From NCBI GenBank assembly GCA_039808985.1, contig JBDHUC010000001.1, positions 76,038 through 140,037 of the forward strand: a stretch of 64,000 nucleotides of DNA. The letters run 5' to 3'. Of the stretch, positions 20,909 through 31,303 are shown piece by piece. Positions within the stretch are counted from its first letter, which is position 1; each line of letters starts with the position of its first letter. The position numbers and the translations under genes were made by a program. Under the pieces are notes generated by a model. It had not been told where the DNA came from. It saw nothing but the letters and a program-made list of their open reading frames with translations, and made no database searches. Origin of the DNA: Alphaproteobacteria bacterium. Lineage in GTDB: Bacteria > Pseudomonadota > Alphaproteobacteria > Rickettsiales > SXRF01.

Positions 20909-21928
20909 ATGGGGTCATCTGTAGAACTGACGGCAGCAATTTTCGGAATGCAAGGCACAAGCCTTACAGCGCAGGAAATAGAGTTTTTCAAACGGGTTAA
21001 ACCATATGGTTATATATTATTTGCTCGTAACTGCGATTCGCCGCAGCAGATAAAAAAACTGGTTGGTGAACTTAAGGAAGTTTCCGGGCGTGAGATACTA
21101 CCAATCCTCATAGATCAGGAAGGGGGCAGGGTAGCTCGGCTTAAACCACCACACTTCCCTGTATTTCCGCCTGCAGGAGCTTTTGCCAACCTGGGAATGA
21201 AGGATATGGAAGCGGCAAAGAACGCCGTATACCATAATGCAAGGCTAATAGCGTATGAGCTGCATGAGCTTGGGATTACGGTAAATTGCGGCCCACTGGC
21301 TGATATACCTGTCGATGGAGCGCATGATATAATAGGCGACAGGGCATTTGGTAAAAAAGCCCATCAGGTTTGTGATTTAGCGGATGCGTTTGCCAGGGGA
21401 CTTGCAGATGGCGGAGTGGTTTCGGTTCTTAAGCATATACCCGGGCATGGACGGGCATTTGCCGATAGCCATATGGAGCTTCCGGTAGTAGACACACCGC
21501 TTGAAACATTGCGCCAGACAGATTTTATCCCGTTTAAAGCATTGGCGCATCTTCCTATGGCAATGACTGCGCATGTATTATATACTTCTATAGACCCGAA
21601 AAATATGGCAACGGTTTCATCGTCTGCCATTAAAATAATCCGCGATGAAATAGGTTTTGGCGGCCTGCTTATGTCTGACGATTTATCAATGAAGGCGATG
21701 CAGGGTGATTTTACGCAACGTGCCAAGGATACCCTTTCTGCCGGATGCGATGTGGCTCTGCATTGCAACGGTGAAATGGGGGAGATGCTGGCAGTTGAAA
21801 AAGGGCTTAAGCCACTTACGGGAAAATCGCTTGAACGAGCGCAAAAAGCCATGGTTGGGGCAGGCAAGGTAAGGGAATTTGATATTGCTTTTTCCCGCAA
21901 AAATGTAAATGAACTGCTTAACAGCTAA
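20909..21928 (+). CDS. nagZ: beta-N-acetylhexosaminidase
   Basis: DQEGGRV, KHIPGHG, DSH, SDDLSM. Confidence 0.95.
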   Translation: MGSSVELTAAIFGMQGTSLTAQEIEFFKRVKPYGYILFARNCDSPQQIKKLVGELKEVSGREILPILIDQEGGRVARLKPPHFPVFPPAGAFANLGMKDMEAAKNAVYHNARLIAYELHELGITVNCGPLADIPVDGAHDIIGDRAFGKKAHQVCDLADAFARGLADGGVVSVLKHIPGHGRAFADSHMELPVVDTPLETLRQTDFIPFKALAHLPMAMTAHVLYTSIDPKNMATVSSSAIKIIRDEIGFGGLLMSDDLSMKAMQGDFTQRAKDTLSAGCDVALHCNGEMGEMLAVEKGLKPLTGKSLERAQKAMVGAGKVREFDIAFSRKNVNELLNS

Positions 21929-21936
21929 AATTTTGT

Positions 21937-22608
21937 ATGGAAATACTATATAATATTTCGGTGTGGGTAATACCTGTTATGCTGGCTATAATCCTGCATG
22001 AAATAGCGCATGGCCTGGCTGCCCTTTATTTCGGTGACAACACCGCCAAACAGGCAGGACGGCTTAGTTTAAACCCTATAAGGCATATCGACCGAACCGG
22101 CACTATTATAATACCGGCTATACTTGTTCTGGTTAAATCACCTGTTGTGTTTGGGTATGCCAAGCCAGTCCCGGTTGATTTTTCCAACTTGAAGCCGCTG
22201 CGGCTTGGGACAATATGTGTTGCGCTTGCCGGACCATTTACCAATTTTATACTTGCGATATGCGCCGGGATTTTACTCCATATTGATAATTTAATGCCGC
22301 AGGAGCAATATCCATGGCTGTTTGATAATATAACCAATATGTTGCTTATTAATTGCGTTCTTATGCTGTTTAATTTAATTCCCCTGCCGCCGCTGGATGG
22401 TGGAAGGGTAGTAGCAGCAATATTAACCAGAAACCCACAAATATGGTTCGCACGCTATGACAGGGCCGGGATGATGATATTATTTGCCATTTTATTCCTT
22501 CCGGGGTTTTTTGGCTATAATATCGTAAGCGCCAGCCTGCAAAGGCCTATATTATGGCTTATCGAGCTGATTTTATGGCTTACTGGCAATAATAATGCCA
22601 TTGCTTAA
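21937..22608 (+). CDS. site-2 protease family (M50) protein
   Basis: HEIAH, AGP, NLIPLPPLDG. Confidence 0.92.
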   Translation: MEILYNISVWVIPVMLAIILHEIAHGLAALYFGDNTAKQAGRLSLNPIRHIDRTGTIIIPAILVLVKSPVVFGYAKPVPVDFSNLKPLRLGTICVALAGPFTNFILAICAGILLHIDNLMPQEQYPWLFDNITNMLLINCVLMLFNLIPLPPLDGGRVVAAILTRNPQIWFARYDRAGMMILFAILFLPGFFGYNIVSASLQRPILWLIELILWLTGNNNAIA

Positions 22609-22665
22609 GTGACAAGAGCTAAATTTCCGCTATTATGCAACTATAAAATTATACAGGGGGTCGAT

Positions 22666-22836
22666 ATGCTTAGTTTACCACATTTACTACTCATTCTGGT
22701 GATTGTGCTGCTTTTATTTGGGGCAGGGCGTATACCAAGGGTTATGGGGGATATAGGCAAAGGTATACGTGCCATGCGCGAAGGCCTTAAAGGCGACGAA
22801 CAGACAAAAATTGAAGATAAAGATAAAAACCCGTAG
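22666..22836 (+). CDS. tatA: twin-arginine translocase TatA
   Basis: TM + FG hinge + amphipathic helix. Confidence 0.9.
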   Translation: MLSLPHLLLILVIVLLLFGAGRIPRVMGDIGKGIRAMREGLKGDEQTKIEDKDKNP

Positions 22837-22839
22837 GTT

Positions 22840-23148
22840 ATGCTTGATTTTTCCTTCGCTGAGCTATTGCTGATAGTTATTGTGGCTGTGATATTCATTA
22901 AGCCAGGCGACCTGCCTGTGATAATCAGGGCGATTTCAAAGGCCATGAGCAGCATACGCAGCTTAAGCAATGAGGTTAAGCAGGCATTTGACGACGTAGC
23001 CCGTGAAACCGGATTGCATGATGCCAAACAGACTCTTGATGCAGAACTTCGCATGATACAGGGCGATGACGGGAAAATGTACGAATCCTACGATATTAAA
23101 AATATATTAGATAAGCCTGCGGCCAAAAATGACAAACAAGGAAGCTGA
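22840..23148 (+). CDS. tatB: twin-arginine translocase TatB
   Basis: FSFAELLLI...PGDLP; between tatA and tatC. Confidence 0.88.
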   Translation: MLDFSFAELLLIVIVAVIFIKPGDLPVIIRAISKAMSSIRSLSNEVKQAFDDVARETGLHDAKQTLDAELRMIQGDDGKMYESYDIKNILDKPAAKNDKQGS

Positions 23149-23902
23149 GTTGCATACACAGCCTCTGATTGAGCATATTTACGAGCTTAAAAGGAGAATC
23201 ATCTATAGCCTGATCGCATTTTTTGCTGCAACCGGGGTATGCTATTATTTCGCGCCGCAGATTTATGCTTTCCTGGTGCAACCGCTGGCTGATTCATTTC
23301 CCGACATGGCCAACCGCCGCCTGATATATACAAGCCTTACCGAAGCATTCCTTACATATTTAAAACTTGCGGTTTTTGCCGGGGTTTTCCTTTCATTTCC
23401 GGTTATCGCAACCCAGTTTTACCTGTTCCTTGCCCCAGGGTTATACAAAAAAGAGCGCCAGGCTCTGATTCCATATCTCATAGCAGCTCCCAGCCTTTTT
23501 ATCGCCGGGGCAGCCTTTGTTTATTATATGATCTTCCCGGCGGCATGGAAATTTTTTCTTGGATTTGAGTCAAATGGTTTACATGGTGGCCTGCCCATAC
23601 AGCTTGAGGCAAAGGTAAGTGATTACCTGAATCTTGTAATGCATCTTATGCTGGCTTTCGGGCTTTCGTTCCAACTCCCGGTAGTGCTTGTTCTTCTGGT
23701 GCGTTCAGGAATGGTGCAGCTTGCAACTTTAAAGCGTGGCCGGCGTTATGCCATAGTCCTTATAGTCACTGTTGCCGCTTTTATAACCCCACCTGATATT
23801 TTCAGCCAGATTGCGCTTTCCGTTCCGCTTTATATGCTCTATGAAATATCAATTTTATTATGCCGGAATGTTAAGCAGGAACCAGAAGAAACAGAATTAT
23901 AG
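23129..23902 (+). CDS. tatC: twin-arginine translocase TatC
   Basis: EHIYELKRR, FLAPGLY, FQLPV, ITPPD. Confidence 0.95.
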   Translation: MTNKEAELHTQPLIEHIYELKRRIIYSLIAFFAATGVCYYFAPQIYAFLVQPLADSFPDMANRRLIYTSLTEAFLTYLKLAVFAGVFLSFPVIATQFYLFLAPGLYKKERQALIPYLIAAPSLFIAGAAFVYYMIFPAAWKFFLGFESNGLHGGLPIQLEAKVSDYLNLVMHLMLAFGLSFQLPVVLVLLVRSGMVQLATLKRGRRYAIVLIVTVAAFITPPDIFSQIALSVPLYMLYEISILLCRNVKQEPEETEL

Positions 23903-23931
23903 ACCAGGCCCCGCAGCAAGTGCGGGGTGGT
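23903..23931. repeat. REP-like hairpin ccccgcagcaagtgcgggg between tatC and serS
   Basis: GC hairpin related to the one at 27895. Confidence 0.55.
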
Positions 23932-23944
23932 AAAGGAGAAGAAT

Positions 23945-25228
23945 ATGCACGATATAAAATATATAAGAAACAATCCCCAGGAATTTGACGCAGGCCTTGC
24001 ACGCCGTGGCCTTGCTCCGCTTTCCGCTGAAATTTTAAGGCTGGATGAGGAAAAGAGGGCTGTGCAGACAGAATTGCAGGAACTGCTTTCCAAGCGTAAC
24101 AGCTTTGCTAAAAAAATAGGCGAAGCAAAACGCAGCGGTGCTGACACTACGCAGATAATGGAAGAATCCAGGCTGGTTAATGATAAAATAGCCGGGTTGG
24201 AAAGCGCGCTTTCAGGCCGGGGGAAATTAGAGGAGATGCTTGAAACCATCCCAAACCTTCCGGCTGCCGATGTGCCAGACGGCGCGGACGAGCATGGTAA
24301 CAAACAAGTACGGATAGTTGGCGAGAAGCCAAAAATGGATTTTGCTCCAAAGCTGCATGACGAACTTGGAGTTGCCTTGAAACTAATGGATTTTGACGCA
24401 GCAGCGAAATTATCAGGTGCAAGGTTCGTTGTTCTAAAAGGTGCGCTTGCAAAAATGGAGCGTGCCCTTGCCAGTTTTATGCTCGATATTCACACCAACG
24501 CCAATAATCCAAATTTAGGTGGTTATACGGAGCATGTGCCGCCGTTTCTGGTGCGTGATAACGCTGTTTATGGAACAGGGCAGCTACCTAAATTCTCTGA
24601 AGATCTGTTCAAAACAGAAAATGGCTTCTGGCTGATACCAACTGCTGAAGTTCCGCTTACCAATCTGGTAGCCGATTCAATTATTGACGCTGATAGCCTG
24701 CCTATACGCATGACCGCATACACTCCTTGTTTCCGTTCAGAAGCCGGGGCTGCTGGCAAGGATACTCGCGGAATGATACGCCAGCACCAGTTCTCTAAGG
24801 TGGAGCTGGTTAGCATTACCTCTGCCGATAAGTCTGAAGAAGAGCATGAGCGCATGACAGGTTGTGCCGAAGAAATATTAAAACGCCTCGGGCTGCATTA
24901 CCGGGTTATGCTGCTTTGCACAGGGGATATGGGGTTTGGTTCACAAAAAACCTATGACCTGGAAGTATGGATGCCTGGACAGAATGCTTTTCGTGAAATA
25001 TCAAGCTGTTCCAATTGCGGTGCATTCCAGGCACGCAGGATGAAAGCGCGCAGCAAGGCAAAAGGCGCTAAGGAAACCGAATTTGTGCATACGCTGAACG
25101 GCTCCGGGCTTGCTATTGGCCGCACTATGGTTGCAATCCTTGAAAATTACCAGCAGGCTGACGGAAGCATATTAGTTCCGGAAGCCCTCAGGCCTTATAT
25201 GGGTGGATTGAAAGTGATTAGTGGTTAG
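23945..25228 (+). CDS. serS: serine--tRNA ligase
   Basis: [31 protein letters not shown]. Confidence 0.97.
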   Translation: MHDIKYIRNNPQEFDAGLARRGLAPLSAEILRLDEEKRAVQTELQELLSKRNSFAKKIGEAKRSGADTTQIMEESRLVNDKIAGLESALSGRGKLEEMLETIPNLPAADVPDGADEHGNKQVRIVGEKPKMDFAPKLHDELGVALKLMDFDAAAKLSGARFVVLKGALAKMERALASFMLDIHTNANNPNLGGYTEHVPPFLVRDNAVYGTGQLPKFSEDLFKTENGFWLIPTAEVPLTNLVADSIIDADSLPIRMTAYTPCFRSEAGAAGKDTRGMIRQHQFSKVELVSITSADKSEEEHERMTGCAEEILKRLGLHYRVMLLCTGDMGFGSQKTYDLEVWMPGQNAFREISSCSNCGAFQARRMKARSKAKGAKETEFVHTLNGSGLAIGRTMVAILENYQQADGSILVPEALRPYMGGLKVISG

Positions 25229-25295
25229 TGGATGGCGAATAGTGGGGAAAGAAAACAAGACTATGCCTAAACACAAATCACTAACTACTAGCCGT
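25214..25295. repeat. 7-nt periodic inverted-repeat element at the serS/surE junction
   Basis: gtgatta-gtggtta-gtggatg-gcgaata-gtgggga ... taaacac-aaatcac-taactac-tagccgt. Confidence 0.7.
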
Positions 25296-26063
25296 CAGAA
25301 AACGCCCCGTATCTTAGTGACTAACGACGATGGGATAAACGCGGAAGGCCTTAAAATACTCGAAGAAATTGCGCTTGCCATTTCCGATGATGTGTGGGTG
25401 GTGGCTCCTGAAACCGAGCAAAGCGGCGTTGCCCATTCACTGACCCTGCATTTGCCTGTGCGGGTACGTAAAATTTCGGCAAAGCGCTTTGCTGTTGGTG
25501 GCACACCAACTGATTGTGTGCTGCTTGCGGTCAAAGAGATAATTCCGGTAAAGCAAAAGAATGTTTCCCTGATATTATCAGGCGTCAATCATGGCTCCAA
25601 TGTTGGCGATGATGTCACCTATTCAGGAACTATCGCCGCTGCCATGGAGGGTACGATACTACATGTTCCTTCTATTGCGCTCAGCATGTCTAATGGTGAT
25701 TCAAATGGGATTAACTGGAAAACCGCGCAGAAACACGCTCCTGATCTAATTAAGAATCTACTCAAAGTAGGCTGGGAAGATAACGTGCTAATCAATATGA
25801 ATTTTCCTAATTGTCCACCAGGAAAGCTAAAAGGCGTGCAGGTTTGCCAGCAGGGAAAAAGGATTATGAATATAAACCTTAGCGAACGTACTGATCCTAA
25901 AGGGCGCCCATATTTCTGGCTTGGTGGGGAGCGCGATAATACGCCGGAAAAACCTGATGTTGATATTGATTATTTACAAAAAGGATTCATCACCATCACC
26001 CCCATCTGCATGGATCTTACAGACTATAAATCACTTGAAAAAATACGCTCTATTTTTAATTAA
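25263..26063 (+). CDS. surE: 5'/3'-nucleotidase SurE
   Basis: ILVTNDDG, GTPTDC, SGVNHG, YSGT. Confidence 0.95.
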   Translation: MPKHKSLTTSRQKTPRILVTNDDGINAEGLKILEEIALAISDDVWVVAPETEQSGVAHSLTLHLPVRVRKISAKRFAVGGTPTDCVLLAVKEIIPVKQKNVSLILSGVNHGSNVGDDVTYSGTIAAAMEGTILHVPSIALSMSNGDSNGINWKTAQKHAPDLIKNLLKVGWEDNVLINMNFPNCPPGKLKGVQVCQQGKRIMNINLSERTDPKGRPYFWLGGERDNTPEKPDVDIDYLQKGFITITPICMDLTDYKSLEKIRSIFN

Positions 26064-26088
26064 AAATTAAGTTTTTTTTGCTACGCAT

Positions 26089-26787
26089 GTGAGTGTGAAC
26101 CATATAGTAAAATCGCGAACAGTTTATCATTCCTCGCCGACCTTGCCGGTGGCTGAGGATGAGGCTTCGCAACGTATAAGATTATTGATGAAGCTACGCA
26201 GCAGCGGCATACGCGATGCTGCAGTGCTCTCGGCTATGGAGTCGATTCCAAGGGAATTATTTGTCGAGGATGTTTTTCGTGAACATGCTTATGACGATAC
26301 CGCGCTGCCAATAGCCCTGGGACAGACTATCAGCCAGCCTACTATAGTTGCTATGATGACTGTGGCATTAGAGGTTAAACCAAGAATGAGGGTTCTGGAA
26401 ATTGGCACAGGATCAGGATACCAGGCGGCAGTGCTGGCCAAACTGGCAAGAAGGGTATATAGTGTGGAGCGCCATAAGAACCTGCTGGCTATTGCTGAGC
26501 AGCGTTTTTTGCAATTACGGCTTACTAATATCGTCACTAAGCGCGGTGATGGCGCCAAAGGTTGGAAAGAGGCGGCACCGTTTGAGCGAATCATAGTGAC
26601 AGCGGCAGCTAAGGAAATTCCTGCGGCTCTGGTTGAACAACTGGCAGCAGGCGGGATTATGGTTATTCCGGTTGGCGAAAATGTAGCGAACCAGAAGCTT
26701 ATGCGCCTTACTAAAGGCGAAGATGGGAAAACATTTATAGAATCCTTGATGGATGTGCGTTTTGTGCCGCTGGTCGAGGAAAGATAG
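26089..26787 (+). CDS. pcm: protein-L-isoaspartate O-methyltransferase
   Basis: GQTISQP, VLEIGTGSGYQ, RFVPL. Confidence 0.95.
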   Translation: MSVNHIVKSRTVYHSSPTLPVAEDEASQRIRLLMKLRSSGIRDAAVLSAMESIPRELFVEDVFREHAYDDTALPIALGQTISQPTIVAMMTVALEVKPRMRVLEIGTGSGYQAAVLAKLARRVYSVERHKNLLAIAEQRFLQLRLTNIVTKRGDGAKGWKEAAPFERIIVTAAAKEIPAALVEQLAAGGIMVIPVGENVANQKLMRLTKGEDGKTFIESLMDVRFVPLVEER

Positions 26788-26796
26788 GATAAGTTT

Positions 26797-27684
26797 ATGT
26801 TAAAAAATTATTATACGGCCAGCATTCTTTTAGCCTTTGTAATTTGTGGCTGTACCCAGCAATCTTCTGCGCCGGTTGATTATAAAGGCGCGCAAAGCTA
26901 TACGCGCGGCAGCCAGTCTTATAATTCTTCACGTTCTTCCTCCTATAACAGCTATAATGGGGGAACAAACCCGGCCTATACTGCGCCTGTCCCCCAGGAA
27001 ACAGTACAGGATGCCTCTGTAGGCTCCATCGGAGTAAGCGATTTATCAGCGCCGGATAAAAATTCAGCACCTGCCGCGCTTGTCACTTCGCCAAACCAGG
27101 ATTCATATAGCGATTCACAAATAATTACCGAACGCCCGCCAGCTCCTAAGCCACAAGGCAGAAGCTCAAAGCCAGCAGTAAAAACCACGGTGAATCCATG
27201 GACCAACAAGCCGCGCAGCTCGAATGATACTAAGCAAACTCGTAAGCATGAGGTTAAGCTTGCCAAGGCCAGTATCCCGCAAAAAGATACAACTGATTTA
27301 AAATGGCCGGTTGCCGGGCGGAAGGTTATTTCCAATTTTGGCTCCAAAGGCAGGGGTAAGGCCAATGATGGCATTAATATAGCTGGTGCAGAAGGCGACC
27401 CGGTATGGGCAGCAGCCGATGGGCAGGTTGTTTATGCCAGCAACCGGCTTAAAGGGTTTGGCAATATGGTGTTCATAAAGCATCCCGGTGGGAAAACCAC
27501 GAGTTATGCGCATTTAAGCCGGACCAAAGTTGCTTTAAATGAAAAGGTAAAGCGCGGTGATGTTATAGGTTATATAGGCAAAACCGGAAATGTAAAAACC
27601 CCTCAGCTCTTTTTCTCCCTGCATAAGGGCAAGGAAGCCGTCAATCCTCAAAAATATATGAGCAGCGAAATAGCTGGGCTTTGA
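26797..27684 (+). CDS. M23 peptidase-like lipoprotein (NlpD-like)
   Basis: lipobox-like ICGC, WPVAG, NDGINI, YAH; surE-pcm-nlpD synteny. Confidence 0.85.
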   Translation: MLKNYYTASILLAFVICGCTQQSSAPVDYKGAQSYTRGSQSYNSSRSSSYNSYNGGTNPAYTAPVPQETVQDASVGSIGVSDLSAPDKNSAPAALVTSPNQDSYSDSQIITERPPAPKPQGRSSKPAVKTTVNPWTNKPRSSNDTKQTRKHEVKLAKASIPQKDTTDLKWPVAGRKVISNFGSKGRGKANDGINIAGAEGDPVWAAADGQVVYASNRLKGFGNMVFIKHPGGKTTSYAHLSRTKVALNEKVKRGDVIGYIGKTGNVKTPQLFFSLHKGKEAVNPQKYMSSEIAGL

Positions 27685-27745
27685 GGGCATGGCATTGCAT
27701 TTGGCTTTTATAATTCCGAGTAAAATGATGAATCATTGCTCAAAT

Positions 27746-27925
27746 GCCGTCATTGCGAGGGCGTAAGCCTGCGGCAATCCATTTGCTGGATGTGTCGTCA
27801 TCTTGCGAATTGCAATAGCAATTGCGCAGGATCTCAGGATATTTTTTCAGCTTGTCATGCCGCCGTATGGCGGTATCCGGTATTAAGCCTAAGGCCCAGA
27901 CCCCGCAACTGGTGCTGGGTCTGGG
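27746..27925. repeat. cluster of REP/RPE-like hairpins
   Basis: three different hairpins each preceded by GTCAT, plus a cccagaccc...gggtctggg hairpin. Confidence 0.7.
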
Positions 27926-27932
27926 CTGTATG

Positions 27933-28142
27933 CTATATTCCTCTTCCGGCAATTTCCGACTGTGGATTAGCGTTTTTATAATCAACCATAATTCTAGCAA
28001 CCAGATTTTTTGCATCTGGGTTATTAAGTAATGAATGCTTTATAATAGTAGCTGCACCTGGATTTTTCTGACCAGTCAACTCCCGGTCAACGTACCAATG
28101 TATAGCCCTTACTTCTTGTTCATTTGGTTGATACGCTGCCAT
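27933..28142 (-). CDS. small hypothetical protein
   Basis: 69-aa ORF from MAAYQP with ggagag RBS. Confidence 0.5.
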   Translation of the reverse strand: MAAYQPNEQEVRAIHWYVDRELTGQKNPGAATIIKHSLLNNPDAKNLVARIMVDYKNANPQSEIAGRGI

Positions 28143-28254
28143 AAACTCTCCTATGCATCTGTTGTTGTTAAGTAAGCAGAAGTGTAACAACTTATAGTAA
28201 TTTTAACAGTGACAGTTTTATTACAAGATTAATGCATTGTTTTACATATATTAT

Positions 28255-29115
28255 TTACAAAAGCCTTTTGCCCATTTTTCCGGCGAGGTCCTGTATGAAC
28301 TGCCATGCCACCCGGCCACTGCGCGCCCCGCGGGTTATCTGCCATTCAAGGGCCTTTTTCTTTAAATCATCAGGCGCTATGTCCAGCTTGTAGCGTTTTA
28401 CATAGCCCTCAACTATATTGAGATAGGTATCCTGCGAGCAGGAATAAAAGCCGATCCAAAGGCCGAAGCGGTCTGAGAGAGATACTTTTTCTTCCATAGG
28501 TTCGCCGCCATGAATTGCCGCATTGCTTTCATTTTCAATCATTTCCCGCGCCATCAAATGGCGGCGGTTGGATGTTGCGTAAAACAATATATGCGACGGG
28601 CGGCCTTCAATCCCACCATCAAGTATGGATTTAAGGGATTTATAACTGCTGTCATTACTATCGAATGACAAATCATCGCAAAAAATTATAAAGCGGCGGA
28701 TAACCCAGCCACGCAAGGTTTGGATAAGCTGCGGCAGGGTTGCTATATCTTCGCGGTGTATTTCAACCAGCACCAAAGACCTTGGGTTAAGTTGGTTTAC
28801 ATGTGAGTAAACAGACTTAACCAGGGAGCTTTTGCCCATGCCCCTGGCGCCCCAGAGCAATACATTATTTGCTGGCAGGGATTTTGCAAACTGCATGGTA
28901 TTGGCAAGCAATGCATCCCTTGCTTCGTCTATACCCTGAAGCAGGTTAATATCCATTGCGTCCGGATATTCAACCGGTATCAGGCTTCTTTCCTCCGCGT
29001 TCCACACATAAGCATCGGCGTTTTTAATATCGGCGGGTGGTTTCGCCTTTGGCAGCATTTCTTCCAGCGCGGTTGCTATACGCTGTAAAACCCTGATTGC
29101 GTCCTGCGTTGTCAT
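28255..29115 (-). CDS. DUF815 family AAA+ ATP-binding protein
   Basis: WGARGMGKSS, FCDDLSF, YATSNRRHL, SLSDRFG. Confidence 0.9.
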   Translation of the reverse strand: MTTQDAIRVLQRIATALEEMLPKAKPPADIKNADAYVWNAEERSLIPVEYPDAMDINLLQGIDEARDALLANTMQFAKSLPANNVLLWGARGMGKSSLVKSVYSHVNQLNPRSLVLVEIHREDIATLPQLIQTLRGWVIRRFIIFCDDLSFDSNDSSYKSLKSILDGGIEGRPSHILFYATSNRRHLMAREMIENESNAAIHGGEPMEEKVSLSDRFGLWIGFYSCSQDTYLNIVEGYVKRYKLDIAPDDLKKKALEWQITRGARSGRVAWQFIQDLAGKMGKRLL

Positions 29116-29122
29116 ATTCGTG

Positions 29123-29629
29123 CTAAACCAATGTTGAAAGCTGCTGGTCGGTCAAATTGCCGGGAACCATTAGTATCGGTGTTAACAAAGTGCTGTTAAG
29201 CTGGCCTGCAAGCCATGCGGAAAGCTTGCTTATCCCAGCATGTTGTTGCTGGGTTACGCCTAGAACCAATATTATTATATTAGGGTCGTTCATAGCTGTT
29301 TCTATGATTTTTTCCCCTGGCGAACCTTCAAGAAGCAGCAATGTAGGAGTAATTCCGAAATTTTCCTGGGCTTCTGCGCTTAATGATGCAAGCAGGGCTT
29401 CTCCTTCATTCAGGCGTTCGATGCGCATTCGGTCCGCTATTGAACCCAGGGTCTGAAAATCAACTGGCGGCGCCACATGCAATAAGGTTATATGGCCAGA
29501 GCGAGCCTTTACTTTCATGCAGGCAAGACGCAGGGCTACCCTGCATTCCTTACGTCCGTCAACGCAAACAAGGTAGCGACGGTTACTTGATGCCGGAATA
29601 ACAATTTCCTTATTTTCCTGTTCTTCCAT
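29123..29629 (-). CDS. universal stress protein
   Basis: LVCVDG, C-terminal PILMVPG. Confidence 0.85.
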   Translation of the reverse strand: MEEQENKEIVIPASSNRRYLVCVDGRKECRVALRLACMKVKARSGHITLLHVAPPVDFQTLGSIADRMRIERLNEGEALLASLSAEAQENFGITPTLLLLEGSPGEKIIETAMNDPNIIILVLGVTQQQHAGISKLSAWLAGQLNSTLLTPILMVPGNLTDQQLSTLV

Positions 29630-29653
29630 AATTCCTCCCTGAGCGTTTTATCT

Positions 29654-30394
29654 TTAAGTTCTAACCTCAAATAGTCGCCCACTCAACCATCCTGCGGATA
29701 ATGCCAGTATAATTGCCGATATGCCGTATAATACAGGAGAATTATGGGCATAATTATAAATAAATGCATCCAATCCGCTTTTTACAACATTTATAGGCAT
29801 TGATTGCATTCCTACCACTTCTCCATCGCTTATAAGATATATTTCAGCGGTATAATCACCAGGTGGTATACTATCAGAAAATTCTATAACCGTTTTAAAG
29901 AGTGTTTCGCTCATAAACCCTATATTTTCAGGGTTTGTTGCATAAAGCTTGTTCACATGCTGGTGATCTAGGAAAGCGGTCTGGAATTCACTGAATTTAT
30001 CAGTTTCCATTTCGGATGACGCGTTGGTAAACAGGTTTTCCTCACCAATGCCAAGCCTTTTGAAAAGAGCTGATTTATTTATTTCGGATAAAGGCTTGCT
30101 GCTTGCTACTGCATAGTAATCCGGAACATCATAAAATTTCATGCGGTCATGGTTTATCCATATACCTGCGAATTTTTCTTTTTTACGTATCATGTAGTTT
30201 TTTTTAGGGCCACGCACCACAACCACTATATCCCCGCTATCATTACGCACACCGAATAAAAACATGCGAGTGCCGTTGAACCCGGCATCCATCGCTATGC
30301 TATAGTTGGAGAGATCCGCAACTAACGGTGCTGCATTTGCATGTGGCGCAAGCAATAAAAAAACAAGCATCAATAAGCTGAAAAATTTAGTCAT
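29654..30394 (-). CDS. TIGR02186 family membrane protein
   Basis: LVADLS, FNGT..FLFG, RKKEK.AGIWIN; paired with a TauE gene. Confidence 0.85.
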   Translation of the reverse strand: MTKFFSLLMLVFLLLAPHANAAPLVADLSNYSIAMDAGFNGTRMFLFGVRNDSGDIVVVVRGPKKNYMIRKKEKFAGIWINHDRMKFYDVPDYYAVASSKPLSEINKSALFKRLGIGEENLFTNASSEMETDKFSEFQTAFLDHQHVNKLYATNPENIGFMSETLFKTVIEFSDSIPPGDYTAEIYLISDGEVVGMQSMPINVVKSGLDAFIYNYAHNSPVLYGISAIILALSAGWLSGRLFEVRT

Positions 30395-31295
30395 TTATAA
30401 TGCTCACGCTATAAATGTCATCAGGCGGGGTAAATAATGCGAATGCCAGTTTTATGGCAACAGCCAGAACAATTACCGCAAGCAGGGCGCGCAGCCAGTC
30501 AGCGGGTAGTTTATCGCCAACCCTTATTCCTATCTGCACGCCAAAAACTGAGCCGGTAATAAGCAGGAGGGCGAGCAGGAGATCGACAGTCTGTGTAGTT
30601 ATAGATTGCAGCAGGGTTACATTTGCGGTGATAAAAATAATCTGCAGCAGCGATGTGCCAATAACAATGTTGGTTGGCATACCAAGCAGGTATATCATGG
30701 CCGGGACAAGGAAAAACCCTCCGCCAACCCCCATGAGCGACACCATTATACCTACAAAGAATCCTATTACTACCGGCATTATGATGCTTATATTAAGCTT
30801 TGAGCGCGGGAACTCTCTACGAAGTGGCAGCCTTTGCGCCAACGGCTGTTTAGGGTTGGCGACTATTTTTTTAGGCAGTTTCATAACCGAGCGTATGCTT
30901 TCTGCCGCCATCATAGCGCCTATGGTTCCAAGAAAAGTTACGTATGCAACTGATATTATCAGGTCTATATGCCCAAGCTGCTTTAACCAGCGGAACATCA
31001 TAACCCCAAGAGTTGAGCCAACCATGCCTCCCGCCAGCAAATATCCACCCATTTTCAGGTCAACATTTTTCCTGCGCCAATGGGCTATTACGCCCGAAAG
31101 AGAGGAAGCGATTATCTGGTTGGCAACGGTAGACACCGAAATACTTGGCGGAACACCTATAAAAATAAGCAGCGGTGTCATAAGGAATCCACCGCCGACA
31201 CCAAATAATCCTGACAGGACACCGGTAAGCCCCCCAAGACCAAGTATCAGGAAAATATTTACCGATATTTCGGCAATAGGCAGGTAGATATTCAT
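30387..31295 (-). CDS. sulfite exporter TauE/SafE family protein
   Basis: IYLPIAE, twice GVGGGF. Confidence 0.9.
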   Translation of the reverse strand: MNIYLPIAEISVNIFLILGLGGLTGVLSGLFGVGGGFLMTPLLIFIGVPPSISVSTVANQIIASSLSGVIAHWRRKNVDLKMGGYLLAGGMVGSTLGVMMFRWLKQLGHIDLIISVAYVTFLGTIGAMMAAESIRSVMKLPKKIVANPKQPLAQRLPLRREFPRSKLNISIIMPVVIGFFVGIMVSLMGVGGGFFLVPAMIYLLGMPTNIVIGTSLLQIIFITANVTLLQSITTQTVDLLLALLLITGSVFGVQIGIRVGDKLPADWLRALLAVIVLAVAIKLAFALFTPPDDIYSVSIIND

Positions 31296-31303
31296 TATTT
31301 ATT

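Noticed and set aside
27736-28031. Three short overlapping ORFs
   Set aside because: Translations of the hairpin cluster (e.g. WIAAGLRPRND)
30415-31287. 290-aa plus-strand ORF and similar antisense ORFs (20120..20791, 52273..52854, 13470..14033)
   Set aside because: Shadows of well-supported genes on the opposite strand
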